In this document: positions 10,901-20,559 of the stretch, in pieces
Numbering within the stretch: the stretch's first letter is position 1
How the letters are laid out: the number at the start of each line of letters is the position of its first letter
Assembly: GCA_035327305.1 (NCBI GenBank)
Contig: DAOLDL010000002.1
Location: forward strand, 19,334-83,333
Source: Kiritimatiellia bacterium
Lineage (GTDB): Bacteria > Verrucomicrobiota > Kiritimatiellia > CAIVKH01
Length of the DNA: 64,000 nucleotides
Direction of reading: 5' to 3'
Translations under genes and position numbers: made by a program
Notes under the pieces: model-generated
Told to the model about the DNA's origin: nothing
What the model saw: only the letters and a program-made list of their open reading frames with translations
The model's database searches: none

Positions 10901-11113
10901 GCTGTCGCGGCACGGACAAAGATTCTCGCATGTGCCGTCGGGCTGAATCCTGGCTTTGCTTTTCAGTGAACGATTGCCAAAAGAAAGCGTTCCTTCGAGA
11001 ATGGGAGGTGAGAAATCAACATCCTGGACCGCACCGCGGTCGTAGAGCAACTTGGCGTCGCGGTATATCGCAACCCCAGCCCAGTCCATTAGCAATTTTT
11101 GGCTAAACTGCAT
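7922..11113 (-). CDS. SNF2-family DNA-dependent ATPase/helicase with N-terminal SWIM zinc finger (RapA/HepA or YwqA-like)
   Basis: N-terminal SWIM CxCx(n)CxH ([19 protein letters not shown]). SNF2 motifs [30 protein letters not shown], and a C-terminal helicase region [37 protein letters not shown]. Confidence 0.9.
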   Translation of the reverse strand: [1063 protein letters not shown]

Positions 11114-11281
11114 ACTCTATAATGACCCGAGTGATGTGCATTTTGTGTAAAGGCACAAAAGGCGATAATATGATATTGAATCGAGGGGACAAGGATATTC
11201 TGATGAGTGATAGCGGTATGATGCAACACAGAGATTCGTGTCTGTGGCGCCTCACTGTTCAACTGGTCCGCATAAGAACGG

Positions 11282-11809
11282 CTACAACGCTTTAGGCTCC
11301 GTGACCCGAACTCCAGTTACCCGGTGCAAATGGCAAAGCGCAATCGCCAGAGCATCAGCCGCGTCTTCCTGCGGTACGCGGTTCAGCTTGAGCAACGAGG
11401 TGATCATTTTCGCCACTTGATCCTTGGAAGCGGCGCCAAATCCTGACAGCGATTTTTTTACATCACGCGGTGCGTATTCATAAACGGGCTTGCCGGCCCG
11501 GGCCGCCGCCGCAAGAACCACCCCGCGCGCCTGTCCAAGAATCATCGCCGTGCGTACATTCTTGCAAAAGAATATGCCTTCAATCGCGACGACGTCCGGA
11601 TTGTGCTCTTCAATCAGTTCGGATATTCCGGCATCCAGTCGACGCAAGCACTCGGTATGAGGTTGACTCGCAGGCGTCTTGATGGTTCCGCACGTGATGA
11701 ATTGCGGATTGCGAACCGGTCCTCTAACCAGCCCCACCCCGGACGACCGGAGGGACGTGTCGACACCCAGCACCAGCAGATCAGCATGTTTGCCGGTTTC
11801 GGTAGGCAT
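11282..11809 (-). CDS. ruvC: Crossover junction endodeoxyribonuclease RuvC (Holliday junction resolvase)
   Basis: LVLGVDTSLRSSGVGL catalytic Asp region, VAIEGIFF, EYAPRDVKK and EDAADALAIALCH match RuvC. It lies 5 nt downstream of yebC, the classic yebC-ruvC linkage. Confidence 0.85.
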   Translation of the reverse strand: MPTETGKHADLLVLGVDTSLRSSGVGLVRGPVRNPQFITCGTIKTPASQPHTECLRRLDAGISELIEEHNPDVVAIEGIFFCKNVRTAMILGQARGVVLAAAARAGKPVYEYAPRDVKKSLSGFGAASKDQVAKMITSLLKLNRVPQEDAADALAIALCHLHRVTGVRVTEPKAL

Positions 11810-11814
11810 ACGGA

Positions 11815-12567
11815 TCAGCCCGACACTTCCTCTAGCAGTTTTTCCTCTAAATCAAAATTGCTGTAGACGTGCTGGACATCATCCAAATCTTCCAATGCGG
11901 CGACAAACTTCATCAGTTGTGTTGCCTGTTCCTTGTCCGTCACTTGGACCAACAATGCAGGGATCATGGTAATTTCATTGTCCCCGATTTTTACGCCAGC
12001 TTTTGAAAGCGCCTCCACAACCTGGTGAAAATCACCGGGATCAGTCAACACCTCAAACGCGTCGCCATCACGCACGACATCCTCGGCTCCGGCTTCCAAC
12101 GCCAATTCCAAAAGTTTGTCCTCCTCAATCGAGGAGGCATCGACAAACAACTGGCCCTTGCGGTTGTAGTTTCGAATGACACTTCCCTGCTGACCTAGAT
12201 TACCGCCCTGTTTGTTGAATACATGACGTATTTCCGCCGCCGTGCGGTTGCGATTGTCGGTAAGACAGGAAACGATCAACGATACGCCACCGGAGGCAAA
12301 ACCCTCGTAAACAACTTCCTCCATGGCATCTCCGGCAATTTCCCCGGTGCCTTTCTTAATGGCACGGTCGATGTTATCGTTCGGCATGTTCACGCCGCGG
12401 GCCTTGGTAATCAGTGAGCGCAAAGTAATGTTTCCAGCCGGATCGCCTCCGCCAAGCCGCGCGGCGACAGTTATTTCCTTCGCAATTTTACTGAATACCT
12501 TGCCTTTAACGGCATCAGAAGCCGCTTTCCGGTGTTTGATGTTCGCCCACTTGCTATGACCTGCCAT
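11815..12567 (-). CDS. yebC: YebC/PmpR family DNA-binding transcriptional regulator
   Basis: MAGHSKWANIKHRKAASDAVKGKVFSKIAKEI is the diagnostic YebC N-terminus; 250 aa. Confidence 0.9.
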   Translation of the reverse strand: MAGHSKWANIKHRKAASDAVKGKVFSKIAKEITVAARLGGGDPAGNITLRSLITKARGVNMPNDNIDRAIKKGTGEIAGDAMEEVVYEGFASGGVSLIVSCLTDNRNRTAAEIRHVFNKQGGNLGQQGSVIRNYNRKGQLFVDASSIEEDKLLELALEAGAEDVVRDGDAFEVLTDPGDFHQVVEALSKAGVKIGDNEITMIPALLVQVTDKEQATQLMKFVAALEDLDDVQHVYSNFDLEEKLLEEVSG

Positions 12568-12591
12568 GATTGATCAATCCTTCAACCGCCG

Positions 12592-14625
12592 TTATTCATC
12601 TTCATGATCGCGCTTGACCGCAGATGCGATGATTTTCTGCGAAATATGCGCCGGCACAACATCATACCGGGCAAATGTCGCTTCAAACACTCCCTGCCCC
12701 TGTGTCAAGCTTCGCAACTCGGCGGCATAGCGGAAAATTTCCGCCTGAGGTGCTTCCGCCGAAATCGTCTGCATCCCGGCGTCCACGTCAATACCTAAAA
12801 TTCGTCCCCGGCGTTGATTCAAATCACCGGTTATGTCACCCATGTATTGTTCGGGTATGGTTATCTTAAGCGACATAATCGGTTCGAGCAAGACCGGACG
12901 AGCCTTGGATGCTCCGTCCGACAAGGCGCGTGAACCGGCGATCTTGAAAGCGACTTCGGACGAATCGACGTCATGGTAGGTTCCATCGTAAACCCTGACC
13001 TTGGCATTGATGATGGGATAACCGGCCAACACACCGCGTTGCAGACCTTCATGAACACCCTTCTCCACTGCAGGGATGAAATTGCGTGGTATGGCTCCGC
13101 CCACGATTTCGTTCACAAACCACGCATCATCGGACGGATCGCGAGACTCTACCTTCAGGTATACTTCGCCATATTGGCCCCGACCACCGGATTGCTTCTT
13201 GTGCTTGTAATGACCCTCGCCAAAGCCGGTCACAGTCTCCTTGTAGGCGACTTTGGGAATGTTAAGCTCGACATCGACATTGCTTCGCTTTTTCATCCGA
13301 CTGACTGCAATATCCAAATGGATATCGCCCATGCCGGATAAAATCAATTCATGCGTTTCCGTGTTTCGCTCCAAGTGCAAGGTCGGATCCTCTTCCACAA
13401 CCCGGTGAAGACCAATACCAGCCTTGTCGTCATCCCCTTGTGTTTTGGGAACCACGGCCACGGATGTAACTGGTTGGGGAAACCTGATCGGATCCAGTGT
13501 GATGTTTTTTCCAATCGCGCATAGCGTGTCATTCACACCTGTGCTTTTCAGTTTGGCCAAGGCCACAATTTGCCCGGCTGTGGCCAACGGAACGACTTCA
13601 TCTTTTTTTCCGTTATAGATATGAAGAGGACCAATACGTTCCTTCTGACCTTTCGTATTGTTATAGACTTCAGAATCAGCGGAAAGCGTTCCACTGTATA
13701 TTTTCAGAAACTGCAACTGACCGATAAACGGATCATTGATCGAACGCCAAATCAATCCACTAAACGGAGCGTCCGCCGATACATCGATCAGTTCACCTGC
13801 CGCGTCCAAGACTTCGTGGTCGATCGGCGAAGGAAATAAACGGAACAACTCGTCCAACAACTCACCCACGCCAACATCTTGCAATGCCTCGACTTCAAAT
13901 ACCGGAACGATGTGGCGGCGCTTGATGGCGACTCGCAAACCCATGGTCAATTCGTCGTGGCTCAAATGTTCGCCGCTCAAGTATTTATCCAGCAAGGCAT
14001 CGTCTTCCTCGGCGGCATCCTCCTCAAGCACGCTCATCGCCAATTCCGCCTCATCGGTCAGTTCATCGGGAATTTTTGTTTCGGATAGAATATCGATAAT
14101 GGCATGGCGATCATGGGTGGGCAACTCGACCGGTACGCATTTCTTGCCCCATACCGACTGGATATTAGCCAACACCTTGTCGAAATCGGCGTTTTCCTTG
14201 TCGAGTCCGGTAATAACAATGCCGCAGGGCAAATCGTTTTCCTCACACAACCGCCACGCACGGGTTGAACCGACTTGCACACCGGAGACTGCATCAACAA
14301 CGATCAAGGCCGCATCAGCCACTTTAGCCGCGGCCACGGACTGGCCATAAAGATCCAGATAACCCGGCGTGTCAATCAATGTAAGGTCCATCGATTGGCC
14401 TTCGGTGGTTTTGTATTGAACATGGAAAGGCTTGGCCCAAATGGATATTTTCCGATCCTTTTCCTCGTCGGTCCAGTCGGCCATGCTCGACCCGTTGGAG
14501 GAAAGGCCCAACCGGTCATTGTACCCGGTTTTGTAAAGGATGGCATCGATCAAGGTGGTTTTACCGTTTCCGGTATGGCCAAGTAAAACGACATTGCGGG
14601 TGTTGCTCACAGGCAGTTGCGACAT
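12592..14625 (-). CDS. Elongation factor G paralog (EF-G 2-like translational GTPase)
   Basis: G1 LLGHTGNGKTTLIDAIL, DTPGYLD, and EF-G domains II-V. The start is placed at MSQLPVSN (14625), preceded by GGAAAGGA, rather than the longer ORF start at 14706. Confidence 0.8.
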   Translation of the reverse strand: MSQLPVSNTRNVVLLGHTGNGKTTLIDAILYKTGYNDRLGLSSNGSSMADWTDEEKDRKISIWAKPFHVQYKTTEGQSMDLTLIDTPGYLDLYGQSVAAAKVADAALIVVDAVSGVQVGSTRAWRLCEENDLPCGIVITGLDKENADFDKVLANIQSVWGKKCVPVELPTHDRHAIIDILSETKIPDELTDEAELAMSVLEEDAAEEDDALLDKYLSGEHLSHDELTMGLRVAIKRRHIVPVFEVEALQDVGVGELLDELFRLFPSPIDHEVLDAAGELIDVSADAPFSGLIWRSINDPFIGQLQFLKIYSGTLSADSEVYNNTKGQKERIGPLHIYNGKKDEVVPLATAGQIVALAKLKSTGVNDTLCAIGKNITLDPIRFPQPVTSVAVVPKTQGDDDKAGIGLHRVVEEDPTLHLERNTETHELILSGMGDIHLDIAVSRMKKRSNVDVELNIPKVAYKETVTGFGEGHYKHKKQSGGRGQYGEVYLKVESRDPSDDAWFVNEIVGGAIPRNFIPAVEKGVHEGLQRGVLAGYPIINAKVRVYDGTYHDVDSSEVAFKIAGSRALSDGASKARPVLLEPIMSLKITIPEQYMGDITGDLNQRRGRILGIDVDAGMQTISAEAPQAEIFRYAAELRSLTQGQGVFEATFARYDVVPAHISQKIIASAVKRDHEDE

Positions 14626-14814
14626 GTTCGATTCCTTTCCATGATAATGGGTTCCGCCGATTAAAGGCGACCGTCCGATTGAGACATAAACCCTCTCAAT
14701 TGGCAATGGTTTTTACCCTAATCCAAACCCTGATCTTGCGGCTGGCGAAATAGCGACACAAACATTTACTTACCGGCGAGATTCAGCATCACAACGAAAA
14801 CAATCAACCGTGCG

Positions 14815-17502
14815 TTACATCCCCGCAAGCATGCGTGATAGTTTTTCGATTTTTTCAACCATGGTTGATTCGTTGGCCCTGGTTTGCTCCACTACTTCCG
14901 GTTTTGCCTTGGCCATGAATTTTTCGTTGGCCAGCATGGCCCGGGTTTTTACAAGGCTTTGTTCGGCAAGTTGGATTTCACCGGCAAGGCGTTTCTTCTC
15001 CGCCTCGATATCTATACCGGCCATCGACATGAAAATTGTACCGCGACTGCACAGGGCACTGGGCATAGGACCCTGCGGCTCATAACTCGAATCAATGGTC
15101 AACGTTCCGGACTTTAACAGCGAAGTAATACCGGAAGTATCGTCACGGAACAAAGCTTCGTCTTCACTGCTGGTCGGCTTAATGACAAAATCCATTTTCT
15201 GTCCGGGTGGAATTTCATAATCGCCACGCATGGTGCGACCGGCCCGGATCAACTCGTGCTTGCCGTCCACATATAGGACATATGGCTCGGCAAGATTTCG
15301 CAGTGGGCTATCGTTTTCGAGTGGCCATTCCGCATGAAGGATACTTTCACTTTCAGCGCCAAATCCAAAGGCGTGCCATAATTCCTCGGTCAGGTATGGC
15401 ATGAGCGGATGAAGCAATCTCAAGGAACGGGAGAAAACGTAAAGCATAATCCGCAACACTTCATGTTTGCGATCCTGATCATCGCCATAAAGTGATTCTT
15501 TCGCATATTCAAGATACCAGTCGCAAAACTCGTGCCACATGAAATCGTACAACACCTTGGCGTAATCGTTGAATCGATAACGCATCAGGCAATCTTCAGC
15601 GGCTTTTGCCGCATCCTGTACGCGCGCGACAATGTGCCAGTCATCCGGTCGCCAATTATGAGGATTTAAAGTCATCCCGGACGCGGTGATGCCTTCCCTG
15701 TCGAGGTTCATTTGCATGAAGCGCGCGGCATTCCAGATTTTCGTTCCGAAATTGCGCCCGATCTCGAATTTTTCCTTAGACACATAGACATCCTGACCGG
15801 TCGCGGTCAGCATGATCAAACTGAAGCGGAGCGCATCCGCACTGTACTCATTGATGATGTCGAGCGGATCAATGGAGTTCCCGAGGCTTTTACTCATCTT
15901 ACGGCCCTGGTTGTCACGCACCGTGCCGTGAATGTAGACTTCACGGAATGGGATGTCCCCCATGAACTCAAACCCCGCCATGATCATCCGGGCCACCCAG
16001 AAAAAGATAATTTCCGATGCCGTTGCCAGAGAGTGCGTAGGATAATAAAATGCCAGATCGGGATTTTGTGCGAGACGCTGATCCTTCAACTCCCCTTTGG
16101 GCCAGTCAAATACGCTGAACGGCCATAGCCAGGAAGAAAACCAGGTGTCGAGTACGTCTTCATCCTGGCGTATTCTGGACGAGTTACATTTTTTACATGC
16201 ACCTGGTTGACCGCGATCCGCCCATTCATACGCGCAGTCATCGCAGTAAAACACCGGAATCCGGTGCCCCCACCAAATCTGCCGGGAAATGCACCAGTCG
16301 CGAATATTCTCCATCCACTCGATATAAACTTTGTTCCATCGATCCGGAATAAAGTTGATCCGGCCATCTTTTACAGCGGCCAACGCCGGCTCGGCGAGCG
16401 GCTTCATCTTTACAAACCATTGCGGTGATAACCTCGGTTCCACTATTTGGTGGCACCGGTAACAATGCCCCACGGCATGTGGATGATCCTCCACCTTCGC
16501 CAAAAGTCCGGCGGCAGACATATCATCCATGATTTTCTTCCGACACGCAAACCGTTCCAATCCCTGATACGGGCCGGCTTCTTCGTTCATGTGTCCATCG
16601 TCGGTCATGACATTGATCATGGGAAGATTGTGGCGTTGTCCCATGGCGAAATCGTTCGGATCGTGTGCGGGCGTCACTTTAACACAACCGGTTCCAAAGG
16701 CCGGATCAACAAAATCATCGGCGATCACCGGGATTTCACGTCCGAGAACCGGCAGGATCAGCATTTTGCCTACCAGGTCCGCGTAGCGCTCATCCTTGGG
16801 ATTCACGGCCACCGCCGTGTCACCAAGATACGTTTCAGGACGCGTCGTGGCCACCGTTACAAAGCGACCGGTTTCTCCTTTCACCGGATAGCGAAAGTGA
16901 TAGAGCTTGCCTTGAACACTTTGATGTTCGCTTTCCTCGTCAGACAGAGCGGTTTCGCAACGCGGACACCAGTTAATGATGTATTTACCGCGATAAATCA
17001 GCCCTTTGTCGTAAAGGCGAACGAATACCTCCTTCACCGCGTTGCTCAATCCCTCATCCATGGTGAAGCGTTCGCGATCCCAGTCGCAAGCGCAACCAAG
17101 CCGCTTCAATTGTCGGATAATGGTCCCGCCGTATTGTTCCTTCCACTCCCAGACGCGTTCGACAAATTGCTCGCGACCGAGGTCGCGCCGCGATTTGCCC
17201 TCATCTTTTTTCAGTGCTCGTTCCACCACGTTTTGCGTGGCGATACCCGCATGATCGGTGCCGGGAACCCACACACTGTTGCGGCCCTGAAGTGAACGCC
17301 AACGGATCAGAATGTCCTGAATGGTATTGTTCAAGGCATGCCCCATGTGGAGGATGCCGGTGACATTCGGAGGAGGAATCACAATACAAAAAGGATCGCC
17401 GCCCTTGCGATGATCACGTGAAGCCACCTTATGGTCCAGCCAGAATGCGCTCCACTTTTCTTCAATAGCTTTGGGGTCGTAATTTTTCGGTAATTCACTC
17501 AT
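14815..17502 (-). CDS. valS: Valine--tRNA ligase
   Basis: Class I motifs [16 protein letters not shown] and KMSKSLGN. 895 aa with the C-terminal coiled coil typical of ValRS. Confidence 0.95.
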   Translation of the reverse strand: MSELPKNYDPKAIEEKWSAFWLDHKVASRDHRKGGDPFCIVIPPPNVTGILHMGHALNNTIQDILIRWRSLQGRNSVWVPGTDHAGIATQNVVERALKKDEGKSRRDLGREQFVERVWEWKEQYGGTIIRQLKRLGCACDWDRERFTMDEGLSNAVKEVFVRLYDKGLIYRGKYIINWCPRCETALSDEESEHQSVQGKLYHFRYPVKGETGRFVTVATTRPETYLGDTAVAVNPKDERYADLVGKMLILPVLGREIPVIADDFVDPAFGTGCVKVTPAHDPNDFAMGQRHNLPMINVMTDDGHMNEEAGPYQGLERFACRKKIMDDMSAAGLLAKVEDHPHAVGHCYRCHQIVEPRLSPQWFVKMKPLAEPALAAVKDGRINFIPDRWNKVYIEWMENIRDWCISRQIWWGHRIPVFYCDDCAYEWADRGQPGACKKCNSSRIRQDEDVLDTWFSSWLWPFSVFDWPKGELKDQRLAQNPDLAFYYPTHSLATASEIIFFWVARMIMAGFEFMGDIPFREVYIHGTVRDNQGRKMSKSLGNSIDPLDIINEYSADALRFSLIMLTATGQDVYVSKEKFEIGRNFGTKIWNAARFMQMNLDREGITASGMTLNPHNWRPDDWHIVARVQDAAKAAEDCLMRYRFNDYAKVLYDFMWHEFCDWYLEYAKESLYGDDQDRKHEVLRIMLYVFSRSLRLLHPLMPYLTEELWHAFGFGAESESILHAEWPLENDSPLRNLAEPYVLYVDGKHELIRAGRTMRGDYEIPPGQKMDFVIKPTSSEDEALFRDDTSGITSLLKSGTLTIDSSYEPQGPMPSALCSRGTIFMSMAGIDIEAEKKRLAGEIQLAEQSLVKTRAMLANEKFMAKAKPEVVEQTRANESTMVEKIEKLSRMLAGM

Positions 17503-17647
17503 GGCGGACTCAATTTGTTAAAGTGCTCGACTAACACACGCGATAAAATATTGCGCTATCATACATAACTCACACGATTCATGGCGTCGCGTAACTTCGC
17601 CTTTCAGTTTTCTCACCTTTATTCAACATAACCGTTCACTTTATCCG

Positions 17648-19237
17648 TTACGCTTTGCCGGATCTTTTCTGTTCATCGAGGAACAATTTATATTCCACGC
17701 TGTCGACCAAGGCCTCCCACGAAGCTTCGATCAAGTTTGTAGAAACGCCGACCGTTCCCCACGTCTTATCGCCATCCGAAGATTCGATCAGCACCCGGGT
17801 TTTTGCGGCAGTGGCTTCTTCCGGATCGAGAATACGAACACGGTAATCAACCAAATGTACATCCTTGATACTCGGATAAGCCGCCGACAAGGCTTTTCGC
17901 ATCGCATCATTCAAGGCATCAACCGGTCCATCCCCCTCTCCCACGGTATGCAGGACGTCACCATTGATGCGGAGTTTGACCGTCGCCTCGGAAATGCATG
18001 GCTCTTCGGCATGACGCTTTTCAACAATTACCCGGAATCCTTCCAATGAGAAGAACGGCTTGTGCGCCTTCAGCACTTTCTGGATCAAAAGCTTGAAAGA
18101 TGCCTCCGCCGCCTCGAACTCGTAGCCCTTCTTTTCCATGACCTCGAGTTCCTTCAGGATGTTCTTCACCTCGGGTGATTTCTTGTCGAGCGAAAGCCCC
18201 ATTTCCACCGCCTTGAGGAAAACATTGCTGGTTCCCGACAATTCCGAGATAAGCACCCGTCGCTGGTTTCCAACGGATTCCGGGGTGATGTGCTCAAAGC
18301 TATGCGGATTCTTGTTTACGCCGTCGACGTGCATGCCGGCTTTGTGAGCAAACGCGCTGTGACCGACAAACGCGGCTTTGTCATTCGGGCGCACATTGGC
18401 CATCTCGTACACGAAGTCCGCCACGGTTTTGAGCTGACCCATTTTTTCCGGTGAGCTTAAAACAGAGTACCCCATCTTCAGGCCGAGATTGGGTATGATG
18501 GAGCACAAATTGGCGTTGCCGCATCGTTCGCCAAACCCGTTGATGGTGCCTTGCACATGCATCGCGCCGGCTCGAATCGCTTCCAGCGAATTCGCCACCC
18601 CCAGTTCCGAGTCGTTATGGGTATGAATACCGACGTTACCGCCGATCTGCGAAATCACGTCACGGGTTATGTCACCCACTTCAAAGTAAGGTGTTCCGCC
18701 GTTGGTGTCGCATAATACGATCCGGTCCGCGCCGGCTGACTTTGCGGCCCGAAGTGTCGCCAGCGCATGGGCCGGCGAATCTTTATAACCGTCAAAGAAA
18801 TGCTCGGCATCATAAATGACTTCACGTCCGTTTTCCTTGAGAAACCGGACGGTATCAAAGATCATGGCCCGGTTTTCATCTTCTGTGGTGCGCAGGACTT
18901 CATGAACATGAAAGGCCCAGCTTTTTCCAAAGATGGTGACAACCGGAGTGTCGGCTTCGATCAAAGCGCGGGATCCCGCATCATCCGCCGCCTTGATACC
19001 GGCGCGGCGGGTACTGCCGAACGCGGCGATACGGGCATGCTGAAGACGCTCGCGCTTGATCGCATGGAAAAACTCCATGTCCTTGGGGTTGGATGCGGCA
19101 TAACCGCCCTCGATGTAGTCGACGCCTAATTCATCCAGAATTTTTGCGACACGGATTTTGCCGACACTGGAAAAGGAAATGCCCTCACCCTGGGCGCCAT
19201 CGCGCAGAGTCGTATCATATATTTCTATTTTTTTCAT
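17648..19237 (-). CDS. cimA: (R)-citramalate synthase / 2-isopropylmalate synthase family protein (long CimA type with LeuA-dimer regulatory domain)
   Basis: IYDTTLRDGAQ, HTHNDSELGVAN, and a C-terminal LeuA_dimer-like region. The start is set at MKKIEIY (19237), with AGGAGCAGGTT upstream. Its position in the thr operon suggests threonine-independent Ile biosynthesis. Confidence 0.75.
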   Translation of the reverse strand: MKKIEIYDTTLRDGAQGEGISFSSVGKIRVAKILDELGVDYIEGGYAASNPKDMEFFHAIKRERLQHARIAAFGSTRRAGIKAADDAGSRALIEADTPVVTIFGKSWAFHVHEVLRTTEDENRAMIFDTVRFLKENGREVIYDAEHFFDGYKDSPAHALATLRAAKSAGADRIVLCDTNGGTPYFEVGDITRDVISQIGGNVGIHTHNDSELGVANSLEAIRAGAMHVQGTINGFGERCGNANLCSIIPNLGLKMGYSVLSSPEKMGQLKTVADFVYEMANVRPNDKAAFVGHSAFAHKAGMHVDGVNKNPHSFEHITPESVGNQRRVLISELSGTSNVFLKAVEMGLSLDKKSPEVKNILKELEVMEKKGYEFEAAEASFKLLIQKVLKAHKPFFSLEGFRVIVEKRHAEEPCISEATVKLRINGDVLHTVGEGDGPVDALNDAMRKALSAAYPSIKDVHLVDYRVRILDPEEATAAKTRVLIESSDGDKTWGTVGVSTNLIEASWEALVDSVEYKLFLDEQKRSGKA

Positions 19238-19305
19238 AACCTGCTCCTGTTTCCCGGCTTGATCCATTCGCCAATTCCATGTTCAGACGTGGCGTCTGCC
19301 TGTGT

Positions 19306-20553
19306 TTATTTTTTCTTAACGGGTCTCTTTTTTACAACCTGTTTATCCAACTCAAATATTTTATGCAACGTCTGCACGGCCTTGTCGGCATGCGCTTTTT
19401 TAATCACCACGGAAATCTTGATTTCCGAGGTGGCGATCATGCTGATGTTGATTTTTGCCTTGGCCAATGCGTCAAACATGCGAAATGCGACGCCGGAATG
19501 ACTGCGCATCCCCACGCCTACGATGCTGATCTTCGCAATATCTTCATCGATGTCGGGCTGACGCTCGCCGAGATGGCCTTCAAGCGCTTTCAAGGTTTTG
19601 CGGGTTTTATTGACTTCGGTGGCCGGCACCGTGAAGGAAATATCCGTAACGCCCATGGCGCTGACGTTTTGCACGATCATGTCCACGTTGATGCTGGCGG
19701 CGGCCAGCTCCTTGAATAATTCTGCGGCTACACCGGGTTTATCCGGCACCGAAGAAATGGTAACTTTTGCCTGCCCTTTATCAGCGGCCACACCACGCAC
19801 TACAATGTCTTCCATATTCTTAACCTCTTCTCTAACCAATGTTCCGGGTTTTTCCACAAAGCTCGACATGACTTCCAGGGTCACGCCATATTTTTTCGCA
19901 AATTCCACGGCTCGCGATTGCAGGACTTCCGAGCCGAGGCTCGCGAGCTCCAGCATTTCATCGTAGGCAATTTCATCCAACTTCACAGCCTCCGGAACCA
20001 CCCGGGGATTTGCCGTGTAAACGCCTTCGACATCTTTCAATATCTGGCATCGGTCGGCCTTTAACGCCGCGGCCAGCGCCACTGCAGTGGTATCCGATCC
20101 CCCGCGACCAAGCGTGGCGATATCCTGATTGGGGTTCAACCCCTGAAAGCCGGCGATAATGACGATCTGGTTTTTCGCAAGTTGTTCGAAGATGCGCGTA
20201 GGTTTGATGTCGCGAATCTTCGCCTTGGTGTGCACGGCATCGGTAAAGATTCCAGCTTGCGGACCGCTCATGGCGATGGCATCCGCCCCCATGGCATGTA
20301 ATGCCATGGTCAGCACGGCCGACGATATTTGTTCGCCGCTGGCCATCAACATATCCAGCTCGCGTTCACTCGGATCGCTGGTGATTTGTTTCGCCAAGGC
20401 AATCAAATCGTCGGTGGTATCTCCCATTGCGCTCACGACCACCACAACTTTGTTGCCTTGATTGCGGGTGTTCAAGATGCGTTGAGCAACCCTGCGCATG
20501 CAATCGGCATCCGCCACCGAACTGCCTCCATATTTTTGTACTATCAATGCCAT
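19306..20553 (-). CDS. lysC: Aspartate kinase with C-terminal ACT domains
   Basis: IVQKYGGSSV, VVVVSAMGDTTD, and tandem ACT domains. Confidence 0.9.
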   Translation of the reverse strand: MALIVQKYGGSSVADADCMRRVAQRILNTRNQGNKVVVVVSAMGDTTDDLIALAKQITSDPSERELDMLMASGEQISSAVLTMALHAMGADAIAMSGPQAGIFTDAVHTKAKIRDIKPTRIFEQLAKNQIVIIAGFQGLNPNQDIATLGRGGSDTTAVALAAALKADRCQILKDVEGVYTANPRVVPEAVKLDEIAYDEMLELASLGSEVLQSRAVEFAKKYGVTLEVMSSFVEKPGTLVREEVKNMEDIVVRGVAADKGQAKVTISSVPDKPGVAAELFKELAAASINVDMIVQNVSAMGVTDISFTVPATEVNKTRKTLKALEGHLGERQPDIDEDIAKISIVGVGMRSHSGVAFRMFDALAKAKINISMIATSEIKISVVIKKAHADKAVQTLHKIFELDKQVVKKRPVKKK

Positions 20554-20559
20554 ATACGT

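Noticed and set aside
8043-10969. Multiple 60-170 aa ORFs on both strands inside the SNF2 helicase gene (e.g. 8375..8689, 9650..10105, 10160..10672)
   Set aside because: They are nested within, or antisense to, a 1063-aa ORF with unambiguous SNF2 motifs. This is typical spurious ORF content in GC-moderate coding DNA.
11200-11207. CUGAUGAG hammerhead-like core in the ruvC-helicase spacer
   Set aside because: No downstream GAAA box or compatible stem II/III arrangement. An isolated 8-mer match is expected by chance.
17503-17647. T-box leader upstream of valS
   Set aside because: No specifier-loop or T-box conserved AATTAGGGTGGNACCGCG-like sequence, and no terminator with U-tract. The spacer looks like an ordinary 3'UTR/promoter.
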